A stretch of DNA of 64,000 nt from Acidobacteriota bacterium (GTDB taxonomy: Bacteria; Acidobacteriota; UBA6911): positions 2,798-66,797 of the forward strand of contig JBBIMP010000023.1 of assembly GCA_037444305.1 (NCBI GenBank), in the 5' to 3' direction. A program made the position numbers and the translations under genes. Shown in pieces: positions 19,372 through 28,990 of this stretch (the first letter of the stretch is position 1; the number at the start of each line of letters is the position of its first letter). The notes under the pieces were generated by a model that saw nothing but the letters and a program-made list of their open reading frames with translations, was not told where the DNA came from and made no database searches.

Positions 19372-20204
19372 ACATACTGGTCGTCGGCGCGCGGGGCATG
19401 CTGGGCACCGATCTGGTGCTCGAACTGCAGGCGCGGCACCAGGTCCGCGGCGTGGACCTGCCCGAGTTCGACATGACCGACAGGGAGAAATGCCTCACTC
19501 TGGTCGGGGACCTCAAGCCGGAGGTCGTCATCAACTCGGCCGCCCTGACCGACGTCGACTACTGCGAACTGCACGAGAACGAGGCTTTCCGTGTCAATGC
19601 CGATGGCGCCGGGAATCTTGCCGAGGCCTGCCGTATCGCCGGGGCCTTGCTGGTGCACTACAGCACCGATTACGTCTTTGACGGCCGGCTGGGCCGCCCC
19701 TACCTGGAGGATGACAAGCCGAATCCCCTCAGCAGGTACGGCCGGTCGAAACTGCGCGCCGAAGAGCTCGTGCTGCTCCGCTGTCCCGCCCACCTCATCC
19801 TGCGCACCTCCTGGCTGTTCGGGCAAAACGGCAAAAACTTCATCCGGACGATCATCGGCGCGGCCCGCGAGGGGAAAGCGCTGCGCGTGGTAGACGACCA
19901 GAGGGGGAGCCCCACATACACCCGGGACCTCGCGGCTCACACCGCGATCCTGCTCGAGAGACGGGGCCTGGGCCTCTACCACGTAACCAACGGCGGTTCG
20001 TGCACCTGGCATGAACTGGCTTCGTATGCGGTCGGCCGGGCCGGGCTTGGCGTGCCGGTTGCCCCGGTGACCTCGGCCGAGTTTCCGCGGCCCGCACCCC
20101 GCCCGCGAAACTCTGTCCTGGCCAACGCCCGGCTGCAGCGGGAAGGCTTTCCTGCGATGCGCCACTGGGCGGAAGCCGCCGCCGAGTACGTTGCCTCTGT
20201 CTGA
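19368..20204 (+). CDS. rmlD: dTDP-4-dehydrorhamnose reductase
   Basis: MNILVVGARGMLG ... YSTDYVFDG ... YGRSKL fits RmlD. It overlaps rmlB by 4 nt (ATGA). Confidence 0.85.
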   Translation: MNILVVGARGMLGTDLVLELQARHQVRGVDLPEFDMTDREKCLTLVGDLKPEVVINSAALTDVDYCELHENEAFRVNADGAGNLAEACRIAGALLVHYSTDYVFDGRLGRPYLEDDKPNPLSRYGRSKLRAEELVLLRCPAHLILRTSWLFGQNGKNFIRTIIGAAREGKALRVVDDQRGSPTYTRDLAAHTAILLERRGLGLYHVTNGGSCTWHELASYAVGRAGLGVPVAPVTSAEFPRPAPRPRNSVLANARLQREGFPAMRHWAEAAAEYVASV

Positions 20205-20346
20205 TTCCCCCGGATTGTGCTATTTTCTAGCTTCCGGTCGGGGTTTTGGTTCCCGGCATCAATCCGCTGCAGCTGGAGGCACGGCAAGTGCCGGTTAGGG
20301 CCCGGCCTGAGCGGATACTGTCCCCCTTTGGATCTAGCCCAAGAGT

Positions 20347-20814
20347 ATGAGCAAGCAGGGATCGGGCGAGAAACTCATCGCCTCCAACAAGAAGGCTTTT
20401 CACGACTACTTCATTCTCGAGAAAATCGAGGCCGGGATCTGCCTGCTCGGAACCGAGGTGAAGTCGCTCAGGGAGGGGCGGATCAATCTGAAAGACAGCT
20501 ACGCGGCCATCCGGGACGGGGAGCCCTGGCTGATCAACTGTCACATCAGCCCCTACTCGCACGGCAACCGCGAAAACCACGAGCCCGCACGCACGCGCAA
20601 GCTTCTGCTGCACAGCGGGGAGATCCGAAAGCTGATCGGCAAAACGCAGGAAAAGGGCCTGACCCTGATCCCGTTGCGCGTATACCTCGTGCGTGGAAAG
20701 GTAAAGATCGAGCTGGGCCTTGCCCGCGGCAAGAAGCTCTACGACAAGAGGGAGTCGGAGCGCCGAAAGGAATCCGACAGGGAAGCAAGAATCGCCATGA
20801 AGGCACGGCGCTAA
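20347..20814 (+). CDS. smpB: SsrA-binding protein
   Basis: [12 protein letters not shown] ... [10 protein letters not shown] ... LLLHSGEI ... [19 protein letters not shown]. Confidence 0.9.
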   Translation: MSKQGSGEKLIASNKKAFHDYFILEKIEAGICLLGTEVKSLREGRINLKDSYAAIRDGEPWLINCHISPYSHGNRENHEPARTRKLLLHSGEIRKLIGKTQEKGLTLIPLRVYLVRGKVKIELGLARGKKLYDKRESERRKESDREARIAMKARR

Positions 20815-20832
20815 GCCGTCCGGGAGAGACAA

Positions 20833-22314
20833 ATGCGCATTGAATACCGGTCCCTGCACTATTTTGACGCCGATTGCGATCTCCTCGCGTACGTCATCTT
20901 CGAGGATGCAAAGCCGAAAGATGCGTCCCTGCAACGACTGAACCGCAAGGCCGGCAATCTGCCCGCCTCGCTGCTCGCCACGGGCGAATTCAAAGCCGAG
21001 CTGCACAAGACTTTTCTGCTCCACAGGCCGGCAGGGATGAAGGCCCGCAACCTGCTCCTGCTGGGGGGCGGTCCGCGGCAGGAGTTCGGCCTCGCCAGGC
21101 TCAGAGAGCTGGCGGGAAACGCCGCGCGCAACGCCCGCAGGGCAGGGTGCCGGCGGGTTGCCTTCCTTCTTCCCCAGGGCCTCCCGCCCGCCGACTGCGC
21201 GCGCGTGGCTGCCGAAGGGGCGTTGTATGGAAACTACGAGCCGGACGCCTACAAGACCAACGACAAAAAGACGCGGGAAGTCGAAGAATACGTTCTTCTG
21301 CTGGAAAAGGGCGGCAAGGCCGAGGAGCTCGCGGCTGCCATCGGGAAGGGCTGCATCGTCGGGAGCGCCACCAACCTCGCCCGCAATCTGGCCAATGACC
21401 CGGCCAATATCCTGACCCCGACGCGCCTGGCGGAGATCGCGGTCGTGGAAGGCAGGCAGGCGGGGCTCAAGGTGGAGGTCCTGGAGCGCGAGGAGATGGA
21501 GAAGCTGGGAATGAACACGCTGCTCGCCGTCAGCCGCGGCAGCGACGAACCGCCCAAGCTGATCGTGCTCGAGATCCCCGGAGAGAAAAAGAGCCAAAAG
21601 ACGCCGCTCGTCGCGCTGCTCGGCAAGGGCGTGACCTTCGACAGCGGCGGAATATCCCTGAAGCCCGGCGAGAAGATGGAGGAAATGAAGGCCGACATGG
21701 CCGGCGGCGCGGCCGTCCTGGGCGCCATGATCGCGCTCGCGCGCCTGGGGACGAAAAAGCCCGTCATCGGCCTGATCCCCGCGGTTGAAAACCTGCCGAG
21801 CGGAAAGGCGACAAAGCCGGGTGACGTGGTGAAGTCCCTCCTCGGCAAGACCGTCGAGATCATCAACACGGATGCGGAAGGCCGGCTGATCCTCGCGGAC
21901 GCGATCGCCTACGCGCGCCGCCGCGGGGCCACGCAGCTCGTCGACGTCGCCACCCTTACGGGAGCAGTAATCATCGCCCTCGGGAAGGTGAACGCCGGGA
22001 TGATGGGCACGGACCAGAAGACCCTCGACAGGCTGCGCACTAACTGCAGCATCACGGGCGAGAAGATGTGGCAACTCCCGCTCGACAAGGAATACCGCAA
22101 GGAACTGGAGAGCGAAGTCGCAGACATCAAAAACGTCGGCCCCCGCTGGGGCGGCGCGATCACAGCCGCGAAGTTCCTGGAGGAATTTGCCGAGGACACG
22201 CCGTGGGTCCACCTGGATATCGCCGGCATGGACCTGGACCACGACGAGCGGCCTTATGCCGCAAAGGGAGCCACGGGCTTTGGTGTGCGAACCCTCGTTC
22301 AGCTCCTGGTTTAA
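20833..22314 (+). CDS. pepA: Leucyl aminopeptidase (M17)
   Basis: NTDAEGRLILADA and GKGVTFDSGGISLKP are M17 signatures. Confidence 0.9.
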   Translation: MRIEYRSLHYFDADCDLLAYVIFEDAKPKDASLQRLNRKAGNLPASLLATGEFKAELHKTFLLHRPAGMKARNLLLLGGGPRQEFGLARLRELAGNAARNARRAGCRRVAFLLPQGLPPADCARVAAEGALYGNYEPDAYKTNDKKTREVEEYVLLLEKGGKAEELAAAIGKGCIVGSATNLARNLANDPANILTPTRLAEIAVVEGRQAGLKVEVLEREEMEKLGMNTLLAVSRGSDEPPKLIVLEIPGEKKSQKTPLVALLGKGVTFDSGGISLKPGEKMEEMKADMAGGAAVLGAMIALARLGTKKPVIGLIPAVENLPSGKATKPGDVVKSLLGKTVEIINTDAEGRLILADAIAYARRRGATQLVDVATLTGAVIIALGKVNAGMMGTDQKTLDRLRTNCSITGEKMWQLPLDKEYRKELESEVADIKNVGPRWGGAITAAKFLEEFAEDTPWVHLDIAGMDLDHDERPYAAKGATGFGVRTLVQLLV

Positions 22315-22337
22315 CCACGCTTCCTGTCTTTGTGACT

Positions 22338-22491
22338 CCGGGAAGGAAAGCCGTATTGAAGGGATACGGCAAACGGAAGCCGCGAACGAAAGTGAGCGGT
22401 CAAGCGGCCCAATCGAGTTATGCGATCCGTCGCTGCCGCTCCGCTCCTGTGGAACTACTTTGCGCCTGCAAAAGATAGTGCGGACAGGCAG
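22338..22491 (+). repeat. Intergenic repeat, copy A (ccgtattgaaggga... family)
   Basis: About 85% identical over its alignable blocks to 43672-43865, and in the same orientation. It contains two hairpins with conserved stems. Confidence 0.5.
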
Positions 22492-22506
22492 TACAAAAGC
22501 CCTGTG

Positions 22507-23103
22507 CTACTCGATGACAACCGGTCCGCTTGCCTGCGCCGGCCGACGATGGAAGCCGACAGTCTCTTCGTAGGCCGCCGCTATCGCGGCCGCTGAAACC
22601 GGGATCGTGATCAGGAGGCCGACGCCCAGGAGCAGCAGCCCGACGAAATTGAGCAGCAGGAGGAGGACCGCGAAGAGCATGTATCCCAGGAGATCCTTGA
22701 GCACCAGCTTTCTGCTCGCCTCCATCGCGTCCCAGAAGGGCAGGTTCCGGTCCTCGAGGAAAATGTAGGAGAAGAGATAGAGGGCGGTGACGATCAGCGC
22801 GGGAAACACGCAAAGGACCAGGCCCGCCAGAGTGAAGGCCGCCACCAGGATATGGACCAGGAAGGCATCCACGAACTTGCCGAATCCGGCAAAAAGGTCC
22901 ATCAGGTCGGTGCGACCCTCAAGCATCCGGCGCCTCACGGCCAGGAACATCCCTGAGGCGAGCGGCCCCGCCACCACGAACGCCCCGACGCTCACGAGCG
23001 CAACGGCCACCAGCGCGATGAGCACGAAGTTGCCGATGTCCGCTTTCACAATCCGCCAGCCCATCCCGATCCACCGTCCCGGCGTCACGGCTGCGTTGAC
23101 CAT
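22507..23103 (-). CDS. Integral membrane protein of unknown function (4-5 TM)
   Basis: Hydrophobic helices throughout. I recognise no catalytic motif. Confidence 0.45.
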   Translation of the reverse strand: MVNAAVTPGRWIGMGWRIVKADIGNFVLIALVAVALVSVGAFVVAGPLASGMFLAVRRRMLEGRTDLMDLFAGFGKFVDAFLVHILVAAFTLAGLVLCVFPALIVTALYLFSYIFLEDRNLPFWDAMEASRKLVLKDLLGYMLFAVLLLLLNFVGLLLLGVGLLITIPVSAAAIAAAYEETVGFHRRPAQASGPVVIE

Positions 23104-23148
23104 CTGATCCTCCTTTGACTCACAATCGTGAATACGAACCGGCGGGAA

Positions 23149-24189
23149 CTAAAGTTCAGAAGCCTTTGCCAGTCGCAGCGCCCAGCGCACGGCCGCGACC
23201 AGGCCGTCCGCGCGCGCCGTGCCCCTGCCGGCGATATCGTAAGCCGTCCCGTGGTCGACCGACGTACGCACGAAAGGCAGCCCGAGCGTCGCATTGACCG
23301 CCGCGCCGAAGCCGAGCAGCTTGACCGGCGCGAGCCCCTGATCGTGATACATGGCCAGGACGACGTCGAACTCCCCCTGCTCTGCACGGTGAAAAACGGT
23401 GTCGCCCGGCAACGGCCCGGTGATCTCCACGCCGGGATGGCCGGAGGAGGTCCTGCGGATGGCCGGCTCTATCTTCCGCTCTTCCTCCAGGCCCATGATG
23501 CCGCCCTCTCCCGCGTGAGGATTCAGCCCCGCGACCGCGATGCGGCGGCAGGGCAGCCCCAGCCGTGGAAACGCCTCGACAATGATCTGCAGTTTCTCGC
23601 AGATCAGGTCTTCCGTAATCCTGTCCGCCACTTCCCGCAGGGGAACATGCGTGGTCGCCAGGACCACCTTCAACCTGTCGGTGAGAAAGGCCATGGCCAC
23701 GCGCTTCGCCCCGGCCAAGTGGGCCAGGAACTCGGTGTGTCCCGGAAAAGGATGGCCGGCCATCTGCAGGAAGCGCTTGTTCAACGGGCCCGTGACCACG
23801 GCCTGCAGCCATCCCCGGGCGCAGGCCGCGACACACTCGATGATGTTGCGCGCCGCGGCTTCTCCCGAGGCCCGCGACCCTTCCCCCGTCCGGATCTGCT
23901 CCCGGGTTGCCGGCACGCGCACGATGCCTCTCTCGGGCAATTCGCGGGCGGCCATGCCCAGGTCCCCGGGCGAGAGTACCTCGAGCAGCCAGGGCAGCTC
24001 GAGGAGGCGGGCCCTGTCCCGCAGAACTTCTTCGTCGCCGAAAAGGAGGAGCTTGCAGACGCCGCGCAGCGCCGGATCGGAGGCGGCTTTCAGCGACACC
24101 TCGGGGCCGATGCCGGCAGGGTCTCCGGTCGTGATACCGATAACGGGCAGGCTATGTGCGGGGAGTGTTGGCAAGTGCGCTCTCGCCAT
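23149..24189 (-). CDS. pdxA: 4-hydroxythreonine-4-phosphate dehydrogenase
   Basis: IGITTGDPAGIGPE ... GHTEFLA ... AGLNPHAGE ... DVVLAMYHDQGL. Confidence 0.85.
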   Translation of the reverse strand: MARAHLPTLPAHSLPVIGITTGDPAGIGPEVSLKAASDPALRGVCKLLLFGDEEVLRDRARLLELPWLLEVLSPGDLGMAARELPERGIVRVPATREQIRTGEGSRASGEAAARNIIECVAACARGWLQAVVTGPLNKRFLQMAGHPFPGHTEFLAHLAGAKRVAMAFLTDRLKVVLATTHVPLREVADRITEDLICEKLQIIVEAFPRLGLPCRRIAVAGLNPHAGEGGIMGLEEERKIEPAIRRTSSGHPGVEITGPLPGDTVFHRAEQGEFDVVLAMYHDQGLAPVKLLGFGAAVNATLGLPFVRTSVDHGTAYDIAGRGTARADGLVAAVRWALRLAKASEL

Positions 24190-24257
24190 TCGACGGATTT
24201 TTTGCTCCGCCGGTGCGTCCGCGGAAATGCCGGCCGATCACCGGCCGGCGCCGGTGC

Positions 24258-24584
24258 TTACTCGAGATCTACCTCATCCGGCTCCTGGTCCTCGTTCTGC
24301 TTGTACATGTACTTGATGCTGTGCTTCAGGATGAGAAGATTGGGTCCGTCCTGACGATGTACCTTGATGCAGTTCCTGTCGTACCACTCGATGGCCCCCC
24401 GGATCTCCTCGCCGTCGATCAGCTTGACGACCATGGGAGTCTTCGCAGCCATCTGCTTGATGTAGTAATAGTTTTCCGCGTTGGTAACCTCAGGGGGAAC
24501 GCGCTTCCTCGGCGTGGCACCGTAGCGCGGCATCTGATCCTTGATTTCCGAAAGGCTGGGGCGGATCAGTTTTCGATTTACCAT
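24258..24584 (-). CDS. Sm-fold RNA chaperone, Hfq-like, with a ~35-aa N-terminal extension
   Basis: [20 protein letters not shown] aligns to the Hfq Sm1 motif ([20 protein letters not shown]), and [10 protein letters not shown] aligns to Sm2 (YKHAIS). An RBS GGAAGGA precedes the ATG. Confidence 0.5.
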   Translation of the reverse strand: MVNRKLIRPSLSEIKDQMPRYGATPRKRVPPEVTNAENYYYIKQMAAKTPMVVKLIDGEEIRGAIEWYDRNCIKVHRQDGPNLLILKHSIKYMYKQNEDQEPDEVDLE

Positions 24585-24733
24585 GTGGGGTTCCTTCCAG
24601 GTTCGCTAATATAAGACCAACTTACCGAAACAACCGCGCGCACTCCATCGAGCATCTCTCGTACTGGGAAAGGGTGTGTCAAGAGCTATGCCGGAAGCCG
24701 ATTTACTGCGCATACTATATTAGGCGTCCTTTT

Positions 24734-24762
24734 TTGACAAGGCATTTTTAATGGGATAAATT
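24734..24762 (+). promoter_or_regulatory. Sigma-70-like promoter: TTGACA, 17-nt spacer, TAAATT, in an AT-rich divergent intergenic region
   Basis: -35 at 24734-24739, -10 at 24757-24762, about 70 nt before the ATG at 24831. Confidence 0.4.
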
Positions 24763-24830
24763 TTACCAAAGATTGATTTTTCGGCGGATCCGGGGCCTGC
24801 CGCAGAGACGGACCCGGAGGGGAGATTGGG

Positions 24831-25289
24831 ATGCCGCGGTTGGCGAGAATCACGAGTCTGGCGGTTTATTTCTCGTTTGTTTTCCTTCTTCCGGGACTGG
24901 CGCAATCGCGTCCCCAGAAGCCCGTCCTGATCAGGGACACGGGCAAGGCGGAGGGAAAGGAGGACGAGGAAGCCGCAAAGGCGAAAGTTTACAATCCGAT
25001 GCTGGCCGAGAAAAACGTCAAGGTCGGCAATTTCTATTTCAAGAAGAAAAACTACACCGCCGCCATCCAGCGCTATCTCGAAGCACTCGAATTCCAGCCC
25101 AACCGCATCGAGGCCTACGAGGCGCTCGGCAAAGCCTACGAGAAGAACAACGAGCCCGAGAAGGCGCTGGCTGTCTACAGGGACTTCATCGAGAAATACC
25201 CGGCCTCGCCCAAGGCGCCCGCTTTCAAATCCCAGGCCGCGAAACTGGAAAAGAAGCTTTCCCAGGCGAAGAAGCCCGGCGCTTCCTGA
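24831..25289 (+). CDS. Secreted tetratricopeptide-repeat (TPR) protein
   Basis: A signal peptide is followed by TPR units (KVGNFYFKKKNYTAAIQRYLEALEFQPN ... AYEALGKAYEK). Confidence 0.6.
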   Translation: MPRLARITSLAVYFSFVFLLPGLAQSRPQKPVLIRDTGKAEGKEDEEAAKAKVYNPMLAEKNVKVGNFYFKKKNYTAAIQRYLEALEFQPNRIEAYEALGKAYEKNNEPEKALAVYRDFIEKYPASPKAPAFKSQAAKLEKKLSQAKKPGAS

Positions 25290-25350
25290 CAATCGGCCCG
25301 CCTCCCCGGATTCTCCCCGCAAAGCTGCTTGCCGCTTTCCGCAAGTCCGG

Positions 25351-26343
25351 TCACGCGCACCGGCCGGTTTCGGAAAGGAAGAGCGCCTCCAGTGCCATCT
25401 GGCGGTTCAGGTTCAGGTGCAGTCCGCCCCGCAGGATCCTGACCGCCTTGATCAGCGACAGCAGCCGCTCCCTGGGAGTCTCCGCCGACAGCCGGAGCAA
25501 AGCCTCCGCGATATCGGGCTGGCGCATCCGTTCGCGCGCGGTCCCGGCATAATAAACGTCCTGCAGCAGCGCTTCCACCAGGTCCAGCCACGCCCCAAAC
25601 GAGTCCTTGTCCTTGGCGACAGCCTCCGCCAGCGGATTGAAATCCACCAGGCCCCGGCGCCGCAGGATCATCGAGACAAACTGGAATGCTTTTTCGCGGA
25701 GCTGCCTGTAGCGTTCGAGATCGAAATTCAAGGCAGCCGCGAGGCTGCCGCCACTGAAAGCAGCCGCAAGGCGCGCTGTCTCTTTGGCCCTCCCTTCGCG
25801 CAGGAGGTGCGCCTCGATCGCCTGCGGCGGGATCCCGCCGAAGCGCAGCAACTGGGATCGGGAGCAAATCGTCCCGAGAAGCATGTAGGGCCGGGTGGTG
25901 ACCAGGATGAGGATGGTCCGGCTCGGGGGCTCCTCGAGGGTCTTCAGCAAGCTGTTGGCGCCTTCCAGCCTCATCCGGTCCGCCTCATCGAAAACCACTA
26001 CCCGCCGTCTCGCTTCGAACGGTTGGAAGGCGATCTCGCCGATCACGGCCCGGACCTGGTCTATTTTTATGTAGGCCCCGTCCGGCTCGACGATGCGCAC
26101 GTCAGGGTGGCTCCCCGCGCCGATTTTCCTGCACGAAGCACAGGCCCCGCAGATTTCTCCCCTGCTGTCCCCAAGACAGTTGAGGCTCTGCGCGAGCAGA
26201 AGCGCGAGGGTCTTCTTCCCCACGCCGTCGGGACCCGCGAAGATCATCGCGTGCGGCAGGCGGTCCTGTTCCAGGGCGCGGCGCAACACTTCTATGCAGT
26301 GCCTGTTGCCGAGAAACGCATCAAAGTTCACGGGGATGGTCAT
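25351..26343 (-). CDS. holB: DNA polymerase III subunit delta'
   Basis: HAMIFAGPDGVGKKTLA ... a C-x-C-x2-C zinc module ... VVVFDEADRM ... SRTILIL. Its ATG overlaps the tmk stop by 1 nt. Confidence 0.8.
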   Translation of the reverse strand: MTIPVNFDAFLGNRHCIEVLRRALEQDRLPHAMIFAGPDGVGKKTLALLLAQSLNCLGDSRGEICGACASCRKIGAGSHPDVRIVEPDGAYIKIDQVRAVIGEIAFQPFEARRRVVVFDEADRMRLEGANSLLKTLEEPPSRTILILVTTRPYMLLGTICSRSQLLRFGGIPPQAIEAHLLREGRAKETARLAAAFSGGSLAAALNFDLERYRQLREKAFQFVSMILRRRGLVDFNPLAEAVAKDKDSFGAWLDLVEALLQDVYYAGTARERMRQPDIAEALLRLSAETPRERLLSLIKAVRILRGGLHLNLNRQMALEALFLSETGRCA

Positions 26344-26984
26344 TACGCCCTGCCGAGGAAGAACCACTCATCGAGCAGCGGCCGGATTCGCGAAAATACC
26401 TCCTCGGGGCTTCCCGCCGCGTCGATCACGTGGATCCGTTGAGGGAATTTCCTTGCCAGACGGAGGTAGGCGCGCCTGACCTCCAGATGAAACGAGAGTT
26501 CCTCCGCCTCGAAGCGCCCTTCGAGGGCGGCAGTTCCTCCCAGGGCGTTGCGCGCCCGCGCCCGCGCCACTCCTTCCGCCGCCTCCAGGTCCAGGAGGAT
26601 GGTCTTGTCGGGTTCCGGAATCCGCAGGATGGCGGCCAGCCGGTCGATGGTTTCCAGCGGCACCCCCCGCGCCGCCCCCTGGTAGGCCCTCGTGGCGTCA
26701 TGGTACCTGTCGGAGAGCACCGTGACGCCGCTCTCCAGCGCGGGCTGGACCACCTGCCGGAGGTGTTCGCACCTGTCGGCCAGGTAGAGCAGAAGCTCGC
26801 TCATGGCATCGCGGGCCGGACCCTCCGATCCCAGCAGAACCCGCCGCACCGCCCGCCCGAACTCGGTTCCACCGGGTTCGCGCGTCAGAAGGCATTCGAT
26901 GCCGCGATCCGCCAGGTGTCTTTCGGCCATTCCGATCTGCAGGCTCTTTCCCGAGCCTTCTATCCCTTCGAAAGTGATGAACAT
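26343..26984 (-). CDS. tmk: Thymidylate kinase
   Basis: FITFEGIEGSGKS ... LLTREPGG ... DRY. Confidence 0.9.
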   Translation of the reverse strand: MFITFEGIEGSGKSLQIGMAERHLADRGIECLLTREPGGTEFGRAVRRVLLGSEGPARDAMSELLLYLADRCEHLRQVVQPALESGVTVLSDRYHDATRAYQGAARGVPLETIDRLAAILRIPEPDKTILLDLEAAEGVARARARNALGGTAALEGRFEAEELSFHLEVRRAYLRLARKFPQRIHVIDAAGSPEEVFSRIRPLLDEWFFLGRA

Positions 26985-27197
26985 TCCGGGTCCCTTGCCT
27001 GGGAGCGCAAAGAAATCTAGAATTCGAAAATTGAACCGGGAATCACGAGGTTAGCACAGAGAGACGGCCCGGTTGCCAACAAAAGCGTTTCATCGAGGCC
27101 GCGGAGAAAATATGAACCGTCCTGCCAGTTCCCCGCGCCTCTCTGTGGTTCCGAGGCGGTTCCTGCTGTCCCCAAACAGCCCAGGCGGCGAGGTCCT

Positions 27198-27890
27198 GTG
27201 ACAGACCCGGCAACCAACTTGCACACCGTTCGAGCCCAGATCGAGGCTGCCGTCTCCGCGTGCGGCCGGAAGCCCGGTTCGGCAACCCTGCTCGCCATCA
27301 CCAAGACCTTTCCCGTGGACGTGATATCGGCGGCCATCGCCGCCGGCCAGCGCCGCTTCGGCGAAAACAGGGTCCAGGAGGCCGAGGACAAGATCCGCCA
27401 TTTCAAGGACACGCCCGGACTGGAATGGCACCTGGTCGGCCACCTCCAGTCCAACAAGGCGCGCCGGGCCGCCGAGCTCTTCGACGTAATCCACTCCGTC
27501 GACAGTCTGAAGCTGGCGCGCAGGCTCAGCGATGCCTGCGTTTCCCTGGAAAAGACCGTCTCCGTTTTCATCCAGGCAGACCTCGCGCACGAAGCGACCA
27601 AGTTCGGCCTGGACGCAGGCCGGGTGCCGGAACTCGTCGACGACCTCCTCGGCCTTCCCGGCCTCCGCCTGGACGGACTGATGACCATCCCGCCTTTTTT
27701 CGAAGATCCGGAAGAGACGCGCCCGTTTTTCGCCAGGCTCCGGGAGCTGAGAGAAACCCTGGAAGCGCGCCGCCCGGGCTGCCTCGGGGCCGGCCACCTC
27801 TCCATGGGAATGACCCACGACTTCGAGGTCGCGATTCAGGAGGGCGCCACGATTCTCCGCATCGGGACGGCCCTCTTCGGGGAGCGCTGA
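27198..27890 (+). CDS. yggS: YggS-family PLP-binding (PLP homeostasis) protein
   Basis: LLAITKTFP ... HLVGHLQSNK ... LSMGMTHDF. Probably a GTG start. Confidence 0.85.
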   Translation: MTDPATNLHTVRAQIEAAVSACGRKPGSATLLAITKTFPVDVISAAIAAGQRRFGENRVQEAEDKIRHFKDTPGLEWHLVGHLQSNKARRAAELFDVIHSVDSLKLARRLSDACVSLEKTVSVFIQADLAHEATKFGLDAGRVPELVDDLLGLPGLRLDGLMTIPPFFEDPEETRPFFARLRELRETLEARRPGCLGAGHLSMGMTHDFEVAIQEGATILRIGTALFGER

Positions 27891-27891
27891 A

Positions 27892-28206
27892 GTGGGCAGC
27901 CGCCGGTTCATCGTGGAGTCGGACAGAGGGCTGGAGATGGTGATTCACGTGCAGCCGCGGGCGCATCGGACGGAATGTGCCGGTCTGCACGGGAGCGCAC
28001 TGAAGCTCCGCATCGCTGCGCCGCCCGTGGCTGATGCGGCAAACCGGGCGCTCCTGGAGTTCATCGCCGAGCGGCTGGGCATCGCCCGCGCCCGCGTCCG
28101 CATACTCGTCGGAGAGAAATCGCGCACGAAGAAGATTGCCCTTAAGGGGATGGGGCTGGCGGAGTTTGTGTCGAAAGTTCCGGGTGCAGACCACTTCAAC
28201 GGATGA
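27892..28206 (+). CDS. DUF167/YggU-family protein
   Basis: A ~100-aa protein immediately after yggS (the conserved yggS-yggU pairing), with a GTG start and a KLRIAAPPVADAANRAL core. Confidence 0.6.
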   Translation: MGSRRFIVESDRGLEMVIHVQPRAHRTECAGLHGSALKLRIAAPPVADAANRALLEFIAERLGIARARVRILVGEKSRTKKIALKGMGLAEFVSKVPGADHFNG

Positions 28207-28229
28207 TCGGAGGTCGGAGTCATTCAACC

Positions 28230-28907
28230 ATGCAGACGGAAAAATATCTCAAAGGCAGCCACCTGGGGGCCGGGCTCAACCCAACGGAGCTCGCCGCGCT
28301 CACGGCGATCGCCCGCACGAAGACCGTGACCAAGGGATCGATCCTCTTCATGGAAGGGGAAAAGGCCGAGGGTCTTTTCGTCCTGTTGAAGGGGATGCTC
28401 CGGATCTACAAGTCGGCTGCGTCGGGCAGGGAATATACGATCCACAGGATTCAGCCCGGGCAGATGTTCGCCGAGGCGGCCGTGTTTCACGTCGGCCGTT
28501 TTCCGGCCAACTGCGCCGCCCTGGAGGATTCCCTCGTCGCCTTTTTCCCCAAGGAGCGGTTCGCCGCGCTCATCGAGAAATCCCCGCAGATCTCGCTGAA
28601 AATCATCGCATCTCTCTCCAGGTTTCTGCGCGACTACAACCAGCAGGTGGAGAACCTCTCGCTGAAGGAAGTTCCCGCCCGCATCGCCTCCTACCTGCTG
28701 CGCGAATCCGAACGGCTCGATTCGCCGAGCATCGACCTGGAGATATCCAAGGCGGAACTGGCCAGGGGGCTGGGCACCATCAGCGAGACTTTTTCCCGCT
28801 CGCTGAAAAAACTCAAGGAGCTGCGGGTGATCAAGGTGGACCGCAACCGGATCACCATCCTGGATGAAGACCGCCTGGCCGACATCGCAGACGGTGAAAA
28901 AAGCTGA
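28230..28907 (+). CDS. Crp/Fnr-family transcriptional regulator
   Basis: A cNMP-binding beta-roll (ILFMEGEKAEGLFVLLKGMLRI) and a C-terminal HTH (ISKAELARGLGTISETFSRSLKKL). Start is either the ATG at 28230 or the one at 28203. Confidence 0.8.
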   Translation: MQTEKYLKGSHLGAGLNPTELAALTAIARTKTVTKGSILFMEGEKAEGLFVLLKGMLRIYKSAASGREYTIHRIQPGQMFAEAAVFHVGRFPANCAALEDSLVAFFPKERFAALIEKSPQISLKIIASLSRFLRDYNQQVENLSLKEVPARIASYLLRESERLDSPSIDLEISKAELARGLGTISETFSRSLKKLKELRVIKVDRNRITILDEDRLADIADGEKS

Positions 28908-28990
28908 CCCTTGACGCAAGTCAAGGAATCCGCATTTGCCGTCCGGTATCGTTGGAGCCGAAAGCTGGACTCAACGAAAAGGAGCGAGGT

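Noticed and set aside
20205-20346. Possible tmRNA (ssrA) next to smpB
   Set aside because: There is no tRNA-like 5' end, no GGTTCGANTCC T-arm and no ...CCA 3' end in the flanking intergenic regions. I found no tRNA genes anywhere in the window either.
20227-22242. 671-aa ORF on the minus strand overlapping smpB and pepA
   Set aside because: It lies antisense to two genes with unambiguous family signatures. Its translation is low-complexity and Arg/Gly/Ala-rich, as is typical of GC-rich shadow frames.
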